DNA of 64,000 nt from the human T2T-CHM13v2.0 reference genome, Homo sapiens, in assembly GCF_009914755.1 (NCBI RefSeq), contig NC_060932.1, one strand, 5' to 3'. A model generated the notes under the pieces. That model did not search any database and had not been told where the DNA came from. It saw only the letters and a program-made list of their open reading frames with translations. Shown one piece after another: positions 43,553 through 58,959 of the stretch; position 1 is the stretch's first letter; the number at the start of each line of letters is the position of its first letter. The translations under genes and the position numbers were made by a program.

Positions 43553-43952
43553 TGTTGTTGACTGAATTCTGTCGTCTCCACAAAAAATTCCTGTTTGAAG
43601 TCCTTAGAAAGTGACTGTATGTGGAGAGAGGAGCTTTGAAGAGGTAATTAAGGTTAAATGAGGTCCTATGGATGGGTCCTAATCCAATCCAATCTGACTG
43701 ATGTCTATAAAAAGAGGGGATTGGAACATTGAGAGAGTCACCAGGGGCACATGTGCATATCAGGACCACCAGGTGAAGAGGCAGCAAGAGAAGAGTCATT
43801 TGCAAGCACAGGAGAGAGGCCTCAGAAGAACTCAACTCTGCCAGTACCCTGATCTTGGACTTTTAGCCTCCAGAACCAGGAGAAAATCAATTTCTATTTT
43901 TGAAGTCACCTAGTCTGGGCACTTTGCTATGGCAGCCTTGGCAAACTAATAC
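43553..43952 (+). mobile_element. MaLR solo LTR (MLT1A/B/C-like) inside the fossil exon
   Basis: 'tgttgttgactgaatt...aggtaattaaggttaaatgaggtc...gcagccttggcaaactaatac'. Confidence 0.9.
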
Positions 43953-45060
43953 GTGCAGCTTACTCTCAGAAAACTCCTGTTGCATTTAAAGGAAACTTAA
44001 AGAGGGCACACAGTAGAATTTAAAATTTGGGTACCTATATAAAATAATCAATGTGACAAGAAACAGTAGTCTCACAATGAAATAACTGTCACAACATTTT
44101 AAATTATAGGCAATGCACAAGAAGTTCACGATGCAGTGGCTGTGAGAATCCAGATACACTGAAACACATTCTGCGTCATCTAATTCTACCTCAAGACCAT
44201 TTTGATTAATGATACAGCATCAGTGAAATTTGTGGTATAGAACCTTTTCTTGCATACATTTAAAGTCCTAGACTATTTATTTCTCTGTGGGTCACAATCT
44301 ATGGGGTCCAGAAATGTCCACCATCTTTCAGGATTCATTCTCAACCTGCCAGAGCACAAACCACCCCATCTGGGTCTTTGAGAGGAGAAATACTTAACAA
44401 GTATAATTCTGTTTCCTTCCATGATTTCTAACTTGCCCTTAACTGCCTAGGCTTTGTCGTGAGCAATCGTTTCGTTGACTCACAAACAGTTTTACAACAG
44501 GGACATTTGCAAACTGGTAATTTTCAGTTAAAGAAAAAAATATACACAGCCATGTTCCACCACGCCCTTAAATAGCATGATGGTTTTCATACATGTAATT
44601 TATACTCCTAAACTCCTTGCATTTCTGTCACTTTGTAATAACATGAAAACAATTTGGGAGTCACATTCATCCACTAGCAGTAAAACTTCCTGTTCCCTTC
44701 ATGATCTGACTTTATAGTCATCCCCATCAGTTCTCTAAAAACACAACATTTCTCAGTTAAATCTATGCATAAAATCTTAAGAACTCATATTGAAGCTGAG
44801 CTCGAGGATATAATAATGTTGCATCAAAACATAGATTCATTTCCTCAAAGTGAAGTTCAGGAGGCGTCACCCAGGAATAAGTTAGATTGTAAACACATGT
44901 AACTCACCCTCCAATTTTTTTCTCATTGTTTCTCTTAAACAGTTACTGTAACTCTTCTGAAATGAGAGCTAGGGACTAATCTTCCTTATGTTCACCAATA
45001 ACGTAGCCTGCTATTTTTAACAGTTCGAAAAATTCTGATGCATATATTCCTACCACTAAC

Positions 45061-45528
45061 CATAGTTGTACGAGATCAGGAGCTATTTTACTTGAATTTC
45101 TTCCATGAAATGTTGAATGGCAACTCTCTGGTTCCCAGGATGTGGAGAAAGGAACTCCTTCTGTCGATTTATAAACTGGAATTCAGTATCACCAACAGAG
45201 TCTGCAGCCCTGTGAATGGCCTAAGTCCTTCCTAGCTCTTTAGCATACTGAGAAGTTCCCAATTCACGGACAGAAACACCTATAACAGGTTGTCTATATT
45301 TTTAGTGTATTCCCATTTTCAAAGGTCCTAGCTGGTGAGTTTTGGGAAATACTGGGCCTTCAAACCCCCAGTGGGTCTTGATGATTTCCATCTTGTCGGA
45401 CAGATGGACCACTAGTTACCATGGAAGATATTAGAGAAATCACCCATGGCTCAGGAGAATGGAGCTGATATTCCTTGAATTAGCTGTTCATTCACATATT
45501 CAGAACGATTTAGCTGTTTTGAATCAAG
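45061..45528 (-). pseudogene. Candidate upstream decayed exon (468 nt)
   Basis: Acceptor 'catcttgtag|' and donor 'atg|gttagt'; length is a multiple of 3; frame LVVHLSDKMEIIKTHWGFEGPVFPK... has few stops. Confidence 0.4.
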
Positions 45529-45705
45529 CTACAAGATGTTTGGTAGATTTATTTTAAACCATTCTCTTCTGGATATAATTTGCCAGGCCTTAACAGCTGC
45601 AATTTTTTCTATTTGGTGAACATTTTATTTAGCTTTCTCTTTTAAGGATGAAAATGCTAAATTTAAGCAGTGCTTACTTCTAGCATGAACAAGAAAAGTA
45701 GTAGT

Positions 45706-46068
45706 TGTATTAGTCTGTTTTCACACTGCTGATAAAGACATACCCAAGACTGGGCAATTTATAAGGAAAAAGAGCTTTAATGGACTCACAGTTCCACATG
45801 GCTAGGGAGGCCCCACAATCATGGTGGAGGGCAAAAGGCACATCTTACATGGCAGGCAAGAGAGAGAGATATGAGAGCCGAGTGAAAAGGGAAGCCTCCT
45901 ATAAAACCATCAGCTCTCGTCAGACTTATTCACTACCATGAGAACAGTATGGGGAAACCGCCCCCATGATTTAATTAGCTCCCATCAGGTTCCTTCCATA
46001 ACACATGGGAAATATGGAAGCTACAATTCGAAATGAGATTTGGGTGGGGACACAGCAAAACTGTATCA
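45706..46068 (-). mobile_element. THE1 solo LTR (MaLR)
   Basis: 'tgtattagtctgttttcacactgctgataaagacatacc' ... 'tatca'; perfect 5-bp TSD GTAGT. Confidence 0.95.
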
Positions 46069-47350
46069 GTAGTGTATTTAATAATTGATTATTGAATGTT
46101 TCTCCCATCGGTTGCTGTCTCTGTTAGTTACCATATTCTCTCATAGGACCAACCTCAACTTCTGAATTACCCAACAGGGTACAGATAGTGTTCACTAAAT
46201 CTTCAATAGCCACAATTTCTCAAAGTAGCTAATGGTTTTGACCACTCTCAGAAGCGTCTTTGAAACTCAAGTTGTTTATCACATCTATGTGACATTCACA
46301 CTTTAATATCATTAAAGAGAATACTGGTCCCAATTTGAGCTAGTACCACCTAGGTGAGTTGTAACGTGCAAATAATCTTTACTCTTGGTATAAATCCATC
46401 TTGGGTGTCCCATGATGGACTATTGTAAGTGTGCAGAGGGTTACTTTTATAGCCTGATAAAGATTTCTCCTCATCTCTGATATATTGCATTTTGGTTGCC
46501 TCGAATTTGTCTGATGCATGGTGTGAAATTAAAATGTTAGTTGACAGTGTCGTTTTACACATGCACAGATCCTCCATTCCTATTCATTTCTCAGCACAGG
46601 TCAGGATTTTCACCTCTTTTGTGAAGGAAAGCTTTTACCTCATGTTTTATAAAGTTATAAATGCTCTGAACATAAATTCTCACACAACTCCTGTGGTTTC
46701 CGAGGCAAATCACAAACTTACAGAACAACATTGCTCTGCTTGATCTTGAATAGTAAAATATTTTATAGGAAACATAGAGCTAACTAGGGGAAGTAGTCAT
46801 TTCTGCTGTAAAGACATGGCTTTATGGTCACAAAGGGATGAATTTTGGAGAGGGTGGTGGCCCTTTCTCACCCCAAGTTGGCATCTGCTTCTCAAAGAGA
46901 GGGGGCTGAGGTTATAACCTGAGCAGACAGGAATACTCACTTTGAGCAACTGTCTAGAGCTTTCAGAGCCAGCCATACAAACAGTCAAAATCTGATGCAG
47001 AAAGAGTACAAAACCCACAATGTAAAATAATGAGTAATATTTTTTAATACTGTGGTATCTGTTTCTGATTTAGGGTCAATCTTAGTTTACAAACTGAAGC
47101 GAGAAGACACGCAGGCTAGGAAACCATGGCACAGAAGATTAAGCGGTTTAACTCTGGTCAAGAAACTAGTAGCTGCTTAAGTAATTATTGTATCCAGTCT
47201 CCTTCCTTCTTCACACTGCACACTTGAATAACTGAGCTGCCGCAAGCAACCTGACCTTCAGAAGTAGATGGGTCTGCCTCTATCAAGATTGCATGCATTC
47301 AGAGCCAAAGAAAATACAAAACTGTCCAACACTTCAAGAAGGGAGAAGAA

Positions 47351-47479
47351 ACATTAGGAGAAATATCTAATGTAGATGATATGTTGATCGGTGCAGCAAA
47401 CCACCATGGCACGTGTATACCTATGTAACAAACCTGCACATTCTGCATATGTATCCCAGAACTTAAAGTATTAAAAAAA
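47351..47479 (+). mobile_element. L1PA 3' terminal fragment
   Basis: 'gcagcaaaccaccatggcacgtgtatacctatgtaacaaacctgcac'. Confidence 0.9.
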
Positions 47480-47707
47480 CTATAATTTCTACCTTTTTGA
47501 CTGTACCATCCCATCATTTTCATCAGCTTAATAAATGTCAAAACAAATTTGATTGTTTTCAAATTTTTAGCCAAACTGGAGGAAAATATTGACTAGTCCC
47601 CACCTCGGAACAGAATTATGGACTCTCACTATTTTCTCTTTTATCATCTCTACCAACAATGTAAGCTTATCTAGACCCATGTGCATGATTGAAAGAAGAA
47701 GGTACAT

Positions 47708-48458
<751 letters not shown>

Positions 48459-48679
48459 AGAAGAACCCATCTTTTAACCCATTTTTGAGGTGGCCCCAGT
48501 GCTGCAAATATATTAATAGCTTAATACATTTTTTGGAGAGCCAAACAAATATGACTTGATGAGAAGTTTGCCATCTCTATCTCTTCATTAAGCCAGAGTA
48601 GCCACCCATAAAGTATATTTTGACAGAGGTTCTGGAATAAAGCCATGCCAGGGACAAGGGGTGAGAGGAAGCATCTGGC

Positions 48680-49033
48680 GGAAAGTCTCGCAAGTCCAAA
48701 ATCTGTACAGCAAACCATCAGGCTGGAAATTCAGCAAGAGTTGAAGTTGAAGACCTGAATCCAAAATCTGCAGGCTGGACACCCAGGCAGTGTTTCTATA
48801 TTGAAATCTTGAGGCAGAGTTTCTTCCTCTTTGGGATGCTTCAGTCTTTTCTCCTAAGACCTGATTGAATGAGGCCTACCCATATTATGAAGGGTAGTCT
48901 ATTTTACTGAAAGTCTACTGATTTAAATGTTAAGTTTATTCTAAAAATACCTTCACAGCTACATCCAGTTTAGTGTTTGACCAAACATCTGGGTACCATA
49001 ACCTAGTCAATTTGACATATTACATTGACCACA
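48680..49033 (-). mobile_element. ERVL LTR fragment (MLT2-like)
   Basis: 'tgaggcctacccatattatgaagggta...ctagtcaatttgacata'. Confidence 0.8.
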
Positions 49034-49089
49034 ATAGAAGCTTCTACAATAGGAGATTTTACCCTAAGTTTACACTAAAAATGTAAAGA

Positions 49090-49224
49090 AGCTGAGCACA
49101 GTGGCTCACATCTGTTATCCCAGCACTTTGAGAGGCCTAAGTGGAGGTTACTTGAGTCCAGGAGTTCAAGGCCAACCTGGGCAACATAATCAGACCCCAT
49201 CTCTAAAAAAAAAGAAAAAGAAAA
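49090..49224 (+). mobile_element. Alu monomer (FLAM-like)
   Basis: Single Alu left arm with A-tail. Confidence 0.85.
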
Positions 49225-50776
49225 ACTAGTTAAGACTTTACATCAAGGACTCAACAGTAAAGACTAAGAACTTTATACTAATGTAAGACTTTATACTAAA
49301 AAAAAGCTTGTTTGTTTGTAATGGGGTTTTTAGATGTTACTTTTGTTCTCAATTACTGAAACTTTCAGGCATAAATTTGGGTTTTATAAATATTAGCAAT
49401 TACCATGGGAGGGTCTTAACAAAATCATTTTTAAATGAATCCTTTACAAATCATTTAAAAACTTTTCTGCGAGGATTCTTGATGCTTCTATTCTTCTTCT
49501 TCAAATCAAAAAAACATCTACTGTCACAGACTTCGAACCATGCAGTATTTGCTTTGTGGATTGTTAGATCATAGAGAGTGTTTTCTAGTTTGATCAGAGG
49601 GTAGGGGGATTGGATATGCCTGGGGAAACTGAAGTTGAAAATGTGAGCCAGGTTGGGAGTTGAGTAGCAGGGCAAGAGTTTGGACTGGTTTGTAATGGGA
49701 CGTTTAACTGATAGAACTGGAGATTGTTTGGCCTATAGGATTGGAGGGATAAACTTATTTGACAGCTATCGGCTTGTGGAGGACAGAATTTGAAAATCCT
49801 TCCACTAAAAGCACCTAGAAATACTGGCTAAAATATAATATATTTTTATTATCTAATGTAGACACAGTTCAGAAATGAACCTGGAACTAAAACCACAGTG
49901 AGAAGCTTTGAGCAGTGATGCTCTGGCTTCCAGAGGACAGGTTGTTAGTCTCAGCAATCTAGGAATCTGCTGATCTTCAGTTACCTGGGGCATCTCTGTT
50001 AATACGAAAAAGAAGAGGGGAGATGAATGAAGCCTTGAGTCTTTCTCAAATGGGAAGTTGGAACCAAGGGGCCTACATAAAGTCAGCACTTTCAAAGTAC
50101 TGCTCCCTATTAAGAGCAAAGACTAGAAACAAATCCACTCCAACAGAAAGACAACAAAGAGACAGGTAAGTCTTGTTCCTTCTGCCAATAGGTCAGAACC
50201 AGAGTTCCCAAAGCAATGTGTTCTCTATTATTTGACAATGAATTTCCTTCTCTTGCTTCCTATGCAGAAAACCAAAATCGAGACACAATATTTATCTGAT
50301 ATTAGTGCTCCACATTCCTCCAATATGTATCTCTCATTATGACCAGAATGACTTCCTCATAGCCAGTTAAGCAGACTGCTCTTCCTAGATATAAACTCTC
50401 TGGGATTAGAGGACAAGAGTTTGCTCAGTGTGCTAGCCCCCATTTCAGCATCTTTGTGCCTGAACATCTTGTCCTCTGGTGGCTTTGGATAGTCAGCTCA
50501 CCACTTATTAGAAATATACATTCTGCTGAGGTGATTTATATACATTATCCTTTCTAATTTTTCAATAACCTTGAAAGGTAGGTATTATCAGCTCATTTTA
50601 AAGACATTAACACTTAGATTCAAAAAACACATTGCTAAAAGCTAGAAAGCAGTGGAGCTGGATTTAAATGTGGATCTATCAAACTTTTAAGCACATGGTT
50701 TTTCTACTATGAGCTATTAGCGCTTACATATTCTTTGCAGAATATAAAATCCAGCTCAAACCTTCTCATCTTCAAT

Positions 50777-50962
50777 CAGAGGTATGCTGGAGCCAGCTTG
50801 TGGCAGCAAATGAGCATCTTTCCCAACTCCACTTTCAGTGACTTCACGTTGGTAACTTGTAATGAGCCACTGTAGAATTATTTACACCAGAAAAGTTGGC
50901 AAATGCTACAAATCAGGCTTTTCAGAGAGCCCGGTTGTTAAAACACTTACCAGCACACCACT
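50777..50962. mobile_element. MER63A-like hAT element
   Basis: Terminal inverted repeats cagaggtatgctgg / ccagcacaccact. Confidence 0.7.
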
Positions 50963-51431
50963 TGCTGCCTTTAAACTATACTGATCTCTCGTCTCTCTTA
51001 GTTCTTGGTTTGCGCATATTAGAATTAATTATATGATATTCTAAATTTTATATCAATAGATCTTAGTCATTCAGATAATATAGCATAGCAGTTAGCAAAT
51101 ACTTTAATCTCTTAGGTCCAAGACTCTATAAAATAGAATTGGGTTTTAAAAGGCTCTGAGAATTGGAGGCAATAAAGGTGCTAAATGTACCAGCAGGGGG
51201 AGCCCAATTTCCAAACATAAGCACTTTGCCTTCTTTTTTTTGGAATACAGCAGAGATCAAAATGAAAAATATAGGATAACGTTTGTCAGAAACCCACACA
51301 TTAGAAATAAATAGAAATGAATAGAATGCTTCAATAAAGTTATACTGGCAGAGCAAATATTACCTGATTCTGCATTGACCATGATACTGGAAATAAGGAA
51401 ACACCCCGTTTTTTAAAAATTCTAGTAAACC

Positions 51432-51540
51432 AAAATCTCACAAATCACCACTAAAGAACTTATTCATGTAACCAAACATCCTCTATTCCCCAAAAGTCTA
51501 TTAAAGTAAAATAAAAATAAATAAAAACTAAATAAATAAA
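51432..51540 (+). mobile_element. L1PB 3' terminus
   Basis: 'aaatctcacaaatcaccactaaagaacttattcatgtaaccaaac' followed by an A-rich tail. Confidence 0.85.
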
Positions 51541-51719
51541 TCAGGATGTGTTTCACCAGGGCTAGAAGAAAGAAAAAAATTTGGTAGAAACATAAAATGA
51601 AGAACCCAGAACTCTGAAAGATCATACCACTCTTTCTAAAAAGCAAATCAGAAGCAAGTACTGTGCATTTGGTATTCTCTTACAGAGGCCTTTTAAAATA
51701 TATAAGCTATGCAATTTTC

Positions 51720-52190
51720 AGAAAGCTGATTCAACATTCAAGATTCCTAAAATTCCCCCAAATAATATATAAATGAAATGCAACTGTAATCTAAAACTCA
51801 GTGGGAATTTTTAAAAGCTTGATGAGATTACTCTAAGTTTTATCTGAAAGAGTAAAGGAGCAGGAAGCCATTTAAACACTGAAAAATAAGAATAACTTCT
51901 ACAAGAGGAAACTTGAACTTTCAGATTTTGCATCACATTACATACCATAATAATTAACACAATATGACATGTGCTAAAATATAACATCAAATAAATTGAA
52001 TAGATTGTACAGATCTGTGAGTATTTAGAATTTGATTAACACGACATATCAAATTGGTGAAATAATTGTGAATTAGTTAGTAAATGGTGCTGGGATAATT
52101 ACTCGGGGAGAAAAAGCTAATATTTCTCACCATGCTCTAAAATAAAGTGCAGATGGTCTAAAGATTTAAATGCAATATTGATATTTATAT
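51720..52190 (+). mobile_element. Old L1 ORF2 fragment
   Basis: 'taaatggtgctgggataatt', 'aaagatttaaatg' are L1 ORF2 text. Confidence 0.65.
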
Positions 52191-53426
52191 ATGTGAAATA
52201 TATTAAATGCAATATATTTATATGTGCTTGTGTGTGTGTAGTTTTCAGTGTTTTGTTCTATGCATAGAAATATACATTTATTTACAAAAACAAATACACA
52301 TTTTATGCAAAGGGATTATATGTGATCAGCTTCATTTGTATAATTAAACCACCCCTATGTATCCACCATCCTGTTTCAACACGGACAATCTTGTTTCATC
52401 GACCCACACTCTCTTGAATTATTTTTGTTATTTTGATTCAAATATGAGATTTCAAATCATTTTATTCATAAATATTCCAGTATGAACATATAAAGGACAA
52501 GGACAATATTATTGGTGAACCCAAAATATTCATTGCAATTGCCTAATGTCATTAAACATCCAGTCAGCATTTCAGTTTCCCCAATTATATTATAAATGCT
52601 TTGTTACTATTTATTTGAAGCAGACTCAATTAAGTTCAAGGATATAGTCCCTTTGGCTTGCTCTTACTTATGTGCTCATGCTTGTACAAATCACAGCAAC
52701 CCATGGGCACCACATACTGTGATTGGCCACACTTGGGTCATGTGCCCACTCCCATCATCATCAGATGGAGCGAATTTTTGTTACAGGAGAAATGGAGTGC
52801 TGGGTAAACACAAGCAATGGGCAACATGACCAACACATCCAACCCTACATCGTTATGCAGTGTTGCATTTTCTAATGGACTTCTCAGCCTGCCACTGTAA
52901 CATAGAGTTAAGCATCTTACGTTGTCTCAAATTGACTGATTGCTAGAAATCAGCCGCCCTCAAAGATTCTCCCAGCTCTTTCTAGAGTTTTCAGGAGCTC
53001 TTCTCCTGTGTGTTCCAGAATGAGTTTCTCTGGTTCTCACTCCCCAGCCTCCTAATCTTGACCCCGGTGTTATTGCCTCTTGTGCGGTACCCTCACCTTA
53101 TACCTATGAAGGTACCACACTATATGTATCTCTGAGAGCAGTCCTCATGGGTGACCACCTTTACCCTCCCACTGCCCTTGGAAACAGACATTGCTCTTTG
53201 AAACCGACTAGGCCCTCCCACTGCTAGGAGAAGTAGTGAGTCTTCTAGTCTTGGGTCTACTGCTTACTAGCTGGTGTGTCTGTGTTTCCACACATACTGC
53301 GTCATGGTCAACCCACCAGATGTATTTAGTTAATCCCTACTGGTCCCTCCAGTGCGGCCACCATGAATCGAGCTTTCTCTGAATGGGTCTTCTGTCACTG
53401 TAATCTCTCTTTCAACCTGTGAGAGC

Positions 53427-53943
53427 TGTTAAAATAGACCCCCTGCTGAGGGATGAAACGAACTCCCTGTGGCTAAAACAAGGCACTTCAGAGATGAAAT
53501 CAAGTGGCCGTAGCAGAGAGGGGTTGGCCACAAAACCCTGTATTCCTGTCATAAGGTCTTGTTTCCTATAATTGAGCAGAAGCTAGCCCTTGCCTGCAAA
53601 ACGCCTCTATGCCCTACAGTTCACCTTTTGATGGTAAAGAGCCCAATTCTGCCTCATTTTAATGTTAAAATTCTACCCTAAAATGAACAGAGAATGTATG
53701 TTACATGCATGCACACCCACTGCACATGCATTTGGGGTCTCCCTCATAAATATTTATAGATTTTCTCCAAATCTGCTAAATATGCGCCTAAGGCAGACCC
53801 CAAAGAACACAAACACCAGCTTTCCCTTTCCGCTCTTTGGTGTTTTCAGTTTCTCTGGAGGCTACGTTCTTTGATCTGCAGATCTGGTCTCTCAAAGTTT
53901 TCTTCTTTCCTTTCTCCATAGATGTCATGGTCCTTTGTTAACA
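53427..53943 (+). mobile_element. ERV1 solo LTR (family uncertain, MER34-like)
   Basis: TGTTAA...TTAACA inverted termini; TSD gagc/aagc. Confidence 0.7.
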
Positions 53944-55070
53944 AAGCGGTCTTCTTAGTCTACCTCATTTTACCAAGTGTTTCTATTTCTTCTCGTTTGC
54001 TTTCAACAGTCTCTATTGTAACGCAGCCTCAACTCCAGATTGACTTTATTTATGGAATGCTTCCTTTAATATTAATAGATGTAACAATTCACTCATTAAA
54101 GAGTCAGTGTTTCCTGAAAATATGGAAAAACTAGCAGGTATAAAATACTGAGTTATTTCATATAGAGTGAAAAAGAAGCTCAACAGCAAATTTCAGCGTT
54201 CATTTTAAGAATAAATTGTAATTTAGAATCTGATCAGAACCTAATGCAAACCTGAAAGCCTGCTTTGATTTCGATTTGGCTGCCTGTGTTAGCTGCTTAA
54301 TAAAAGTCTGTAAATTTATCTTAAAGTTTACATTTCTAACACATTTATCTCTAGAAGAATCTAGTGAGATTTATAATATTCTGAATATTTGTTTCAATTT
54401 AACAGTATTTGAAGAGCTCATCATGAACTCTGATTCTCACAAAGGGATTCTGCCTCCTGCATTTTAGTTATTTGGTAAAATTGTTCAGCCTAGCTTTGTA
54501 GGGAAGAGAAAAATGTGTCTCTTGGGCCTCATAGCAGATGGCAGGCCACATGAGAAGGCAGATTCATTATTTCATTGGTGAAAAATCTGCCAAGAAAATT
54601 CCTTTTATCTCATGAAAGGCTCAACCTTCAGAACTGAGAGCATGCATTTGGAAGGTGTTATAAATACTTTATGTTACTTTGTTTTTGCTGTCAGTACATT
54701 TTGAATGCTGCCCTGGGCTCTAGAGTCAAACACTGGCCTAAAGTCTCAGCACCACTTAAAACTGCATGTGCATTAGAGCTCCTTAACATATCAACCTCAT
54801 ATATAAAATAGGACTCCTGATATAAGGGCTGATTGTTCTATTAATTGAGTTCAGTCATGCCAATTAAATAGCACATAGAATCTGGAAGGTGCTCAACAAT
54901 ACTAATTCCCTTCCTATAATCTCCAAGGAGTAGTTAAATCAGCATTCCCCAAAGCATGCTCGCTACCAGTTTTTAATAGTTACGGCAAAGAAACGTTTCT
55001 GTGATTAAATATATTTGGGCAAAACTGGCTTATACAAAGATAAATCGATCATAGACTTCCCTTGTGCTTT

Positions 55071-55553
55071 TGTTACCTACACAAGGGGTGGGCTCAGTCA
55101 CTTGGTGGATACCAACCCAATGGCCACAACCAAAGAGGCTTTTGCAAAGGGAATGTATTACTTGTAACAAGCAAAGAGAACACCTTGAGGTAGTTTCCAA
55201 AGCAGTGTCTTCCTGAGCTGGGGGCTGGGTCACGTCTTATAAGCATAGGGTAATGAGGCATGATCTGACTGGATTTTGCAACAAGATGATTTTGGGAGGC
55301 ATGATCTGACTGGATCCTGCCATGGGGTGATGCCAGAACTCAATCTGATTGGATCCTGTACCTTGCTATACCGTGTTCCTCCACTTCTTAATTCAGTCCC
55401 CTTAATTCAGAGCACTTAGGTTCACCCGGTTGGTGCAGGCTTGGCTCTTCCAGGCATGCTCAGCTTATGTGGCCTAAGGGTCCATGGCAACTGAAAAACA
55501 ACTCCCAACTTTGTTACATAAAGGCTGAACAAGATTGGCTTGGAGCAGTTACA
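55071..55553 (-). mobile_element. ERV1 solo LTR (MER87/MER90-like)
   Basis: TGTTAC...GTTACA termini; minus strand begins TGTAACTGCTCCAAGCCAATC...TTTATGTAACAAAGTTG. Confidence 0.7.
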
Positions 55554-56357
55554 TTTTCCTTTTCCTTTTTTAACTGCAGGGCATCTAGGAAACTTTTATG
55601 TGGATTTCTAAAGCACCATTACCCAGTCTTATTTGAATATGGAGTCCTTTCTTCCCGCAAAAGTAACAATCTGCAGGGCACATTTAGGGAAATAGTGGGT
55701 TACCCTCCATCGGAGCAATAAATCCTTCAACCATGGCTGCTTTTCTTGTATCTATACCCCACAGTTTTGTGATGGGACTGGTTCTCATATGTTTTAAAGA
55801 ATTTTAAATGATTTTTAAAAGAAATGTTAATATATTTGAAGGAAAAAGACAATGGTTTGTTATAAACAATAGATATGTTTCTTCTGTTATTAAAACAGAG
55901 CCTAGATTTGGTACATAAGTATGTGATGTACTGACACATTTTCAGAGTTTCTAAAAATGTTAAAAACGGAATAATACTAAAAGGCTATTTCGCTTAATCC
56001 TTAGCAGGGCACAGCTACTTTCATTAAAATGTTTTCTGGCTCTTTTAGGCTAACAATCTGTGCACTTAGTACTCAGCAAAGTGGTTTACTTTCACCACCA
56101 AATCCGCAAAGCTTTCCTTTTTCTCTGACCTTGAAGACATGAGAACTTGGAGAAGAATCTGCTACACAGGTAAGGCATTCACCACTTTCACACTCTTCCA
56201 AATGAGCAGGAAAGAAGAAAACTTCAGCCTGTATGAGGAAAAGAGAGGGGAGGGAGACGGGAGAGTAGGGAGCCCGCCTCCATGGGCTGGGACTTGGGCA
56301 ATTACTCCAAAGGACCTTGGCTTGATTTACGGTTTTGCTGTCACTTATTGAAATTCT

Positions 56358-56679
<322 letters not shown>

Positions 56680-57479
56680 TTGAAATTCTAAATAATTTTT
56701 CAACAAATGGTTCCATATTTTTATTTTGCACTGGGCTCCTCAAATTATGTAGCCGGTCCTATAAGGAGGGGGGAAACTTTGAAGAGAGGGCATGGCCTTT
56801 TCAGTGTTTGGCAGGTGTGAGTTGACAGCATTTAGCACTGACTGAGGAAGTAAGTGTCTGATCAGAGATCTCAGCCCTAATGCCACAGACAGGAAAAAAA
56901 AATTGATAGTGCTAAACTGGCATGGCAGGCGGAGAACAAATTGAAGTGATAAATACATATTTTGTGGCTGAGCCTTTCCAAACTGATAAAATATTTGATT
57001 TACTATCCCTCTTCTGAAATCCTAAGTAACTTACAGCATCCAAAAGAACAGCCTGGGGGTGGTTATGCTCCTAACAGAAACCCTCTATTTACACAGCCAT
57101 CAATTTCCCCTAGGGAGGGTTGCCATGGTGAGGTCTGTCACACCCGACAATCACTTCTACACACCATTCATTTAGAAAGTAAGCAATTAAATTCTACCCT
57201 AAAAGGACATACAAAAGAGGGATCATTATAGCCATTTTGGATGACTCATTCATTGGGATTAAAAGGTTGAAAGCCTCTTCAGGTCAAAATCATAGCTCCA
57301 CCACTTATTTCTCATTAAGAATCTTTTTGGGTACTGCAGAATTTAAAACCTTAGGGCCACTGTTGCTACAGAGAAAAATTGCAGAACCTAAAAATATTCA
57401 TGAATTTGACTTTTTAAAACTAGACTTTACAGGATGGACCCAAGAGAAGGGTATTTGTTTTCCAGTCAGTTTCATAAGA

Positions 57480-58240
57480 GTGGTGAATAAAAGGGAAGCG
57501 CTTTCAGATTGTGTCAAGGCAGAAGGCTGGATGAAGGGGATTGGAAAGCTGCTTCTGGGGAAGTGTGAAGAAAATCAAGAGAAGATCTGGTCATAGTGTT
57601 CAAAATAGGAGTGCTTCCCAGATGGAGAGGTCAGCAGTGACAAATGCATCACCTCCCAGCAATGTGGGGCATTGCACATACAGAACATTCCAGGTAGGCA
57701 AAGTGCAAAACTCCCAGAGTGAAATAGGGAGACCACAAAATGTTACAGGAAGTTCAAGTCAAGCACTGGAACACTGCAGGGATGGTGTTCCCTGGAGTTG
57801 TTCTGCAGTGGCCCTTAAATCAGAGAAATGAGAACTATCCCAGGAGAATGCACAGTGCAAGAAGAACATAGAGCTACTGACTCCGGGGAACAGATACCTT
57901 TAAGACAGTAAGAAAGATCTTTGAAGAAAGTTGAGGGATTGCTGGAGAGGTAGGAAAGGCAACCAGGAAAGGGTCTTGCTTAAAGGCCTGTGACTGTATT
58001 TAAAGAAGTGCTCAACTCTACTAAATGCTGCAGAACGGTCAAGTCAGAAAACAGCTGAAAGATACCTACCAGATGCACCAATTTAAAAACCGACACTGAT
58101 GACGTTGGAAAACAAAATTTCAATGGAAGGGCTGGATTATAGTGGGTTAAGAAGTGACTGGAAGGTAAAGAAAAGGGGAAAGTGAATGTGGCCCAGCATT
58201 TCAAAAATCTGAGTTCTGAATGGGAGAAAAGAAAAAAGAC
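57480..58240 (-). mobile_element. L2 fragment(s)
   Basis: Purine-rich decayed L2 text ('ggaggtaggaaaggcaaccagg', 'ggattatagtgggttaagaagtga'); boundaries approximate. Confidence 0.5.
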
Positions 58241-58959
58241 ATCATCTCCTAACCCACAGGGGCTGACTGAGCATCCTTAATAGGAGGGAATAGTCCTGAA
58301 GATCACAGAAGATGGGAACCCCGACTGCCTTATTCACTGTTACTTCCCCACTGGCGGGTCAGTACCTAGCACAGAAGCACTCACTGGATATTGTGTGAAT
58401 GGATGACGCTGAGAATGTTTAGATTTTGATACTTTCAGAATGGAGTCTGCATAGAGTTGGCCTTATTACAAGTGGGGAGAAGGGATAGAGAGGGGGAGAA
58501 GAGATAAGGGTGGGGAGAGAAAGAGCCCCAGTGTAAACTGCAGTATTCAGCACAATTTGGCCAATACGTATGTGTTCCAAGCTGCTGGATAAGCCAGGGA
58601 ATCCAGGCTGTTGAGGGAGGGTCAAGAAGTGTCTCAAACAGCAGCAGCACTAGTGGTCATGTGGGCATTAGCAGCACAGCTCTGAAAAGTCATTGGTAGG
58701 AACCAAGACAGAATAAAACTCCCGAAGGAATGGGGGATGCAAGATCTCAGCAGGTGACAGGCCACTAACACACTGCTTGAGAAGTAACACAGGACTCTTC
58801 TTCCCCGGAGGGTCATTTGCAGACATATGGAAGTTTAAAGTGGGATCCCACATTTAATGGAGCCCTGAGGATATCGTGGCAGGACTAAGCCTGTAGGATC
58901 AAAGTCTTTGTGCCTACAGCTGGGGAGCCTGGAGTAGAAACAATCGGTGGTTAGTCCTA

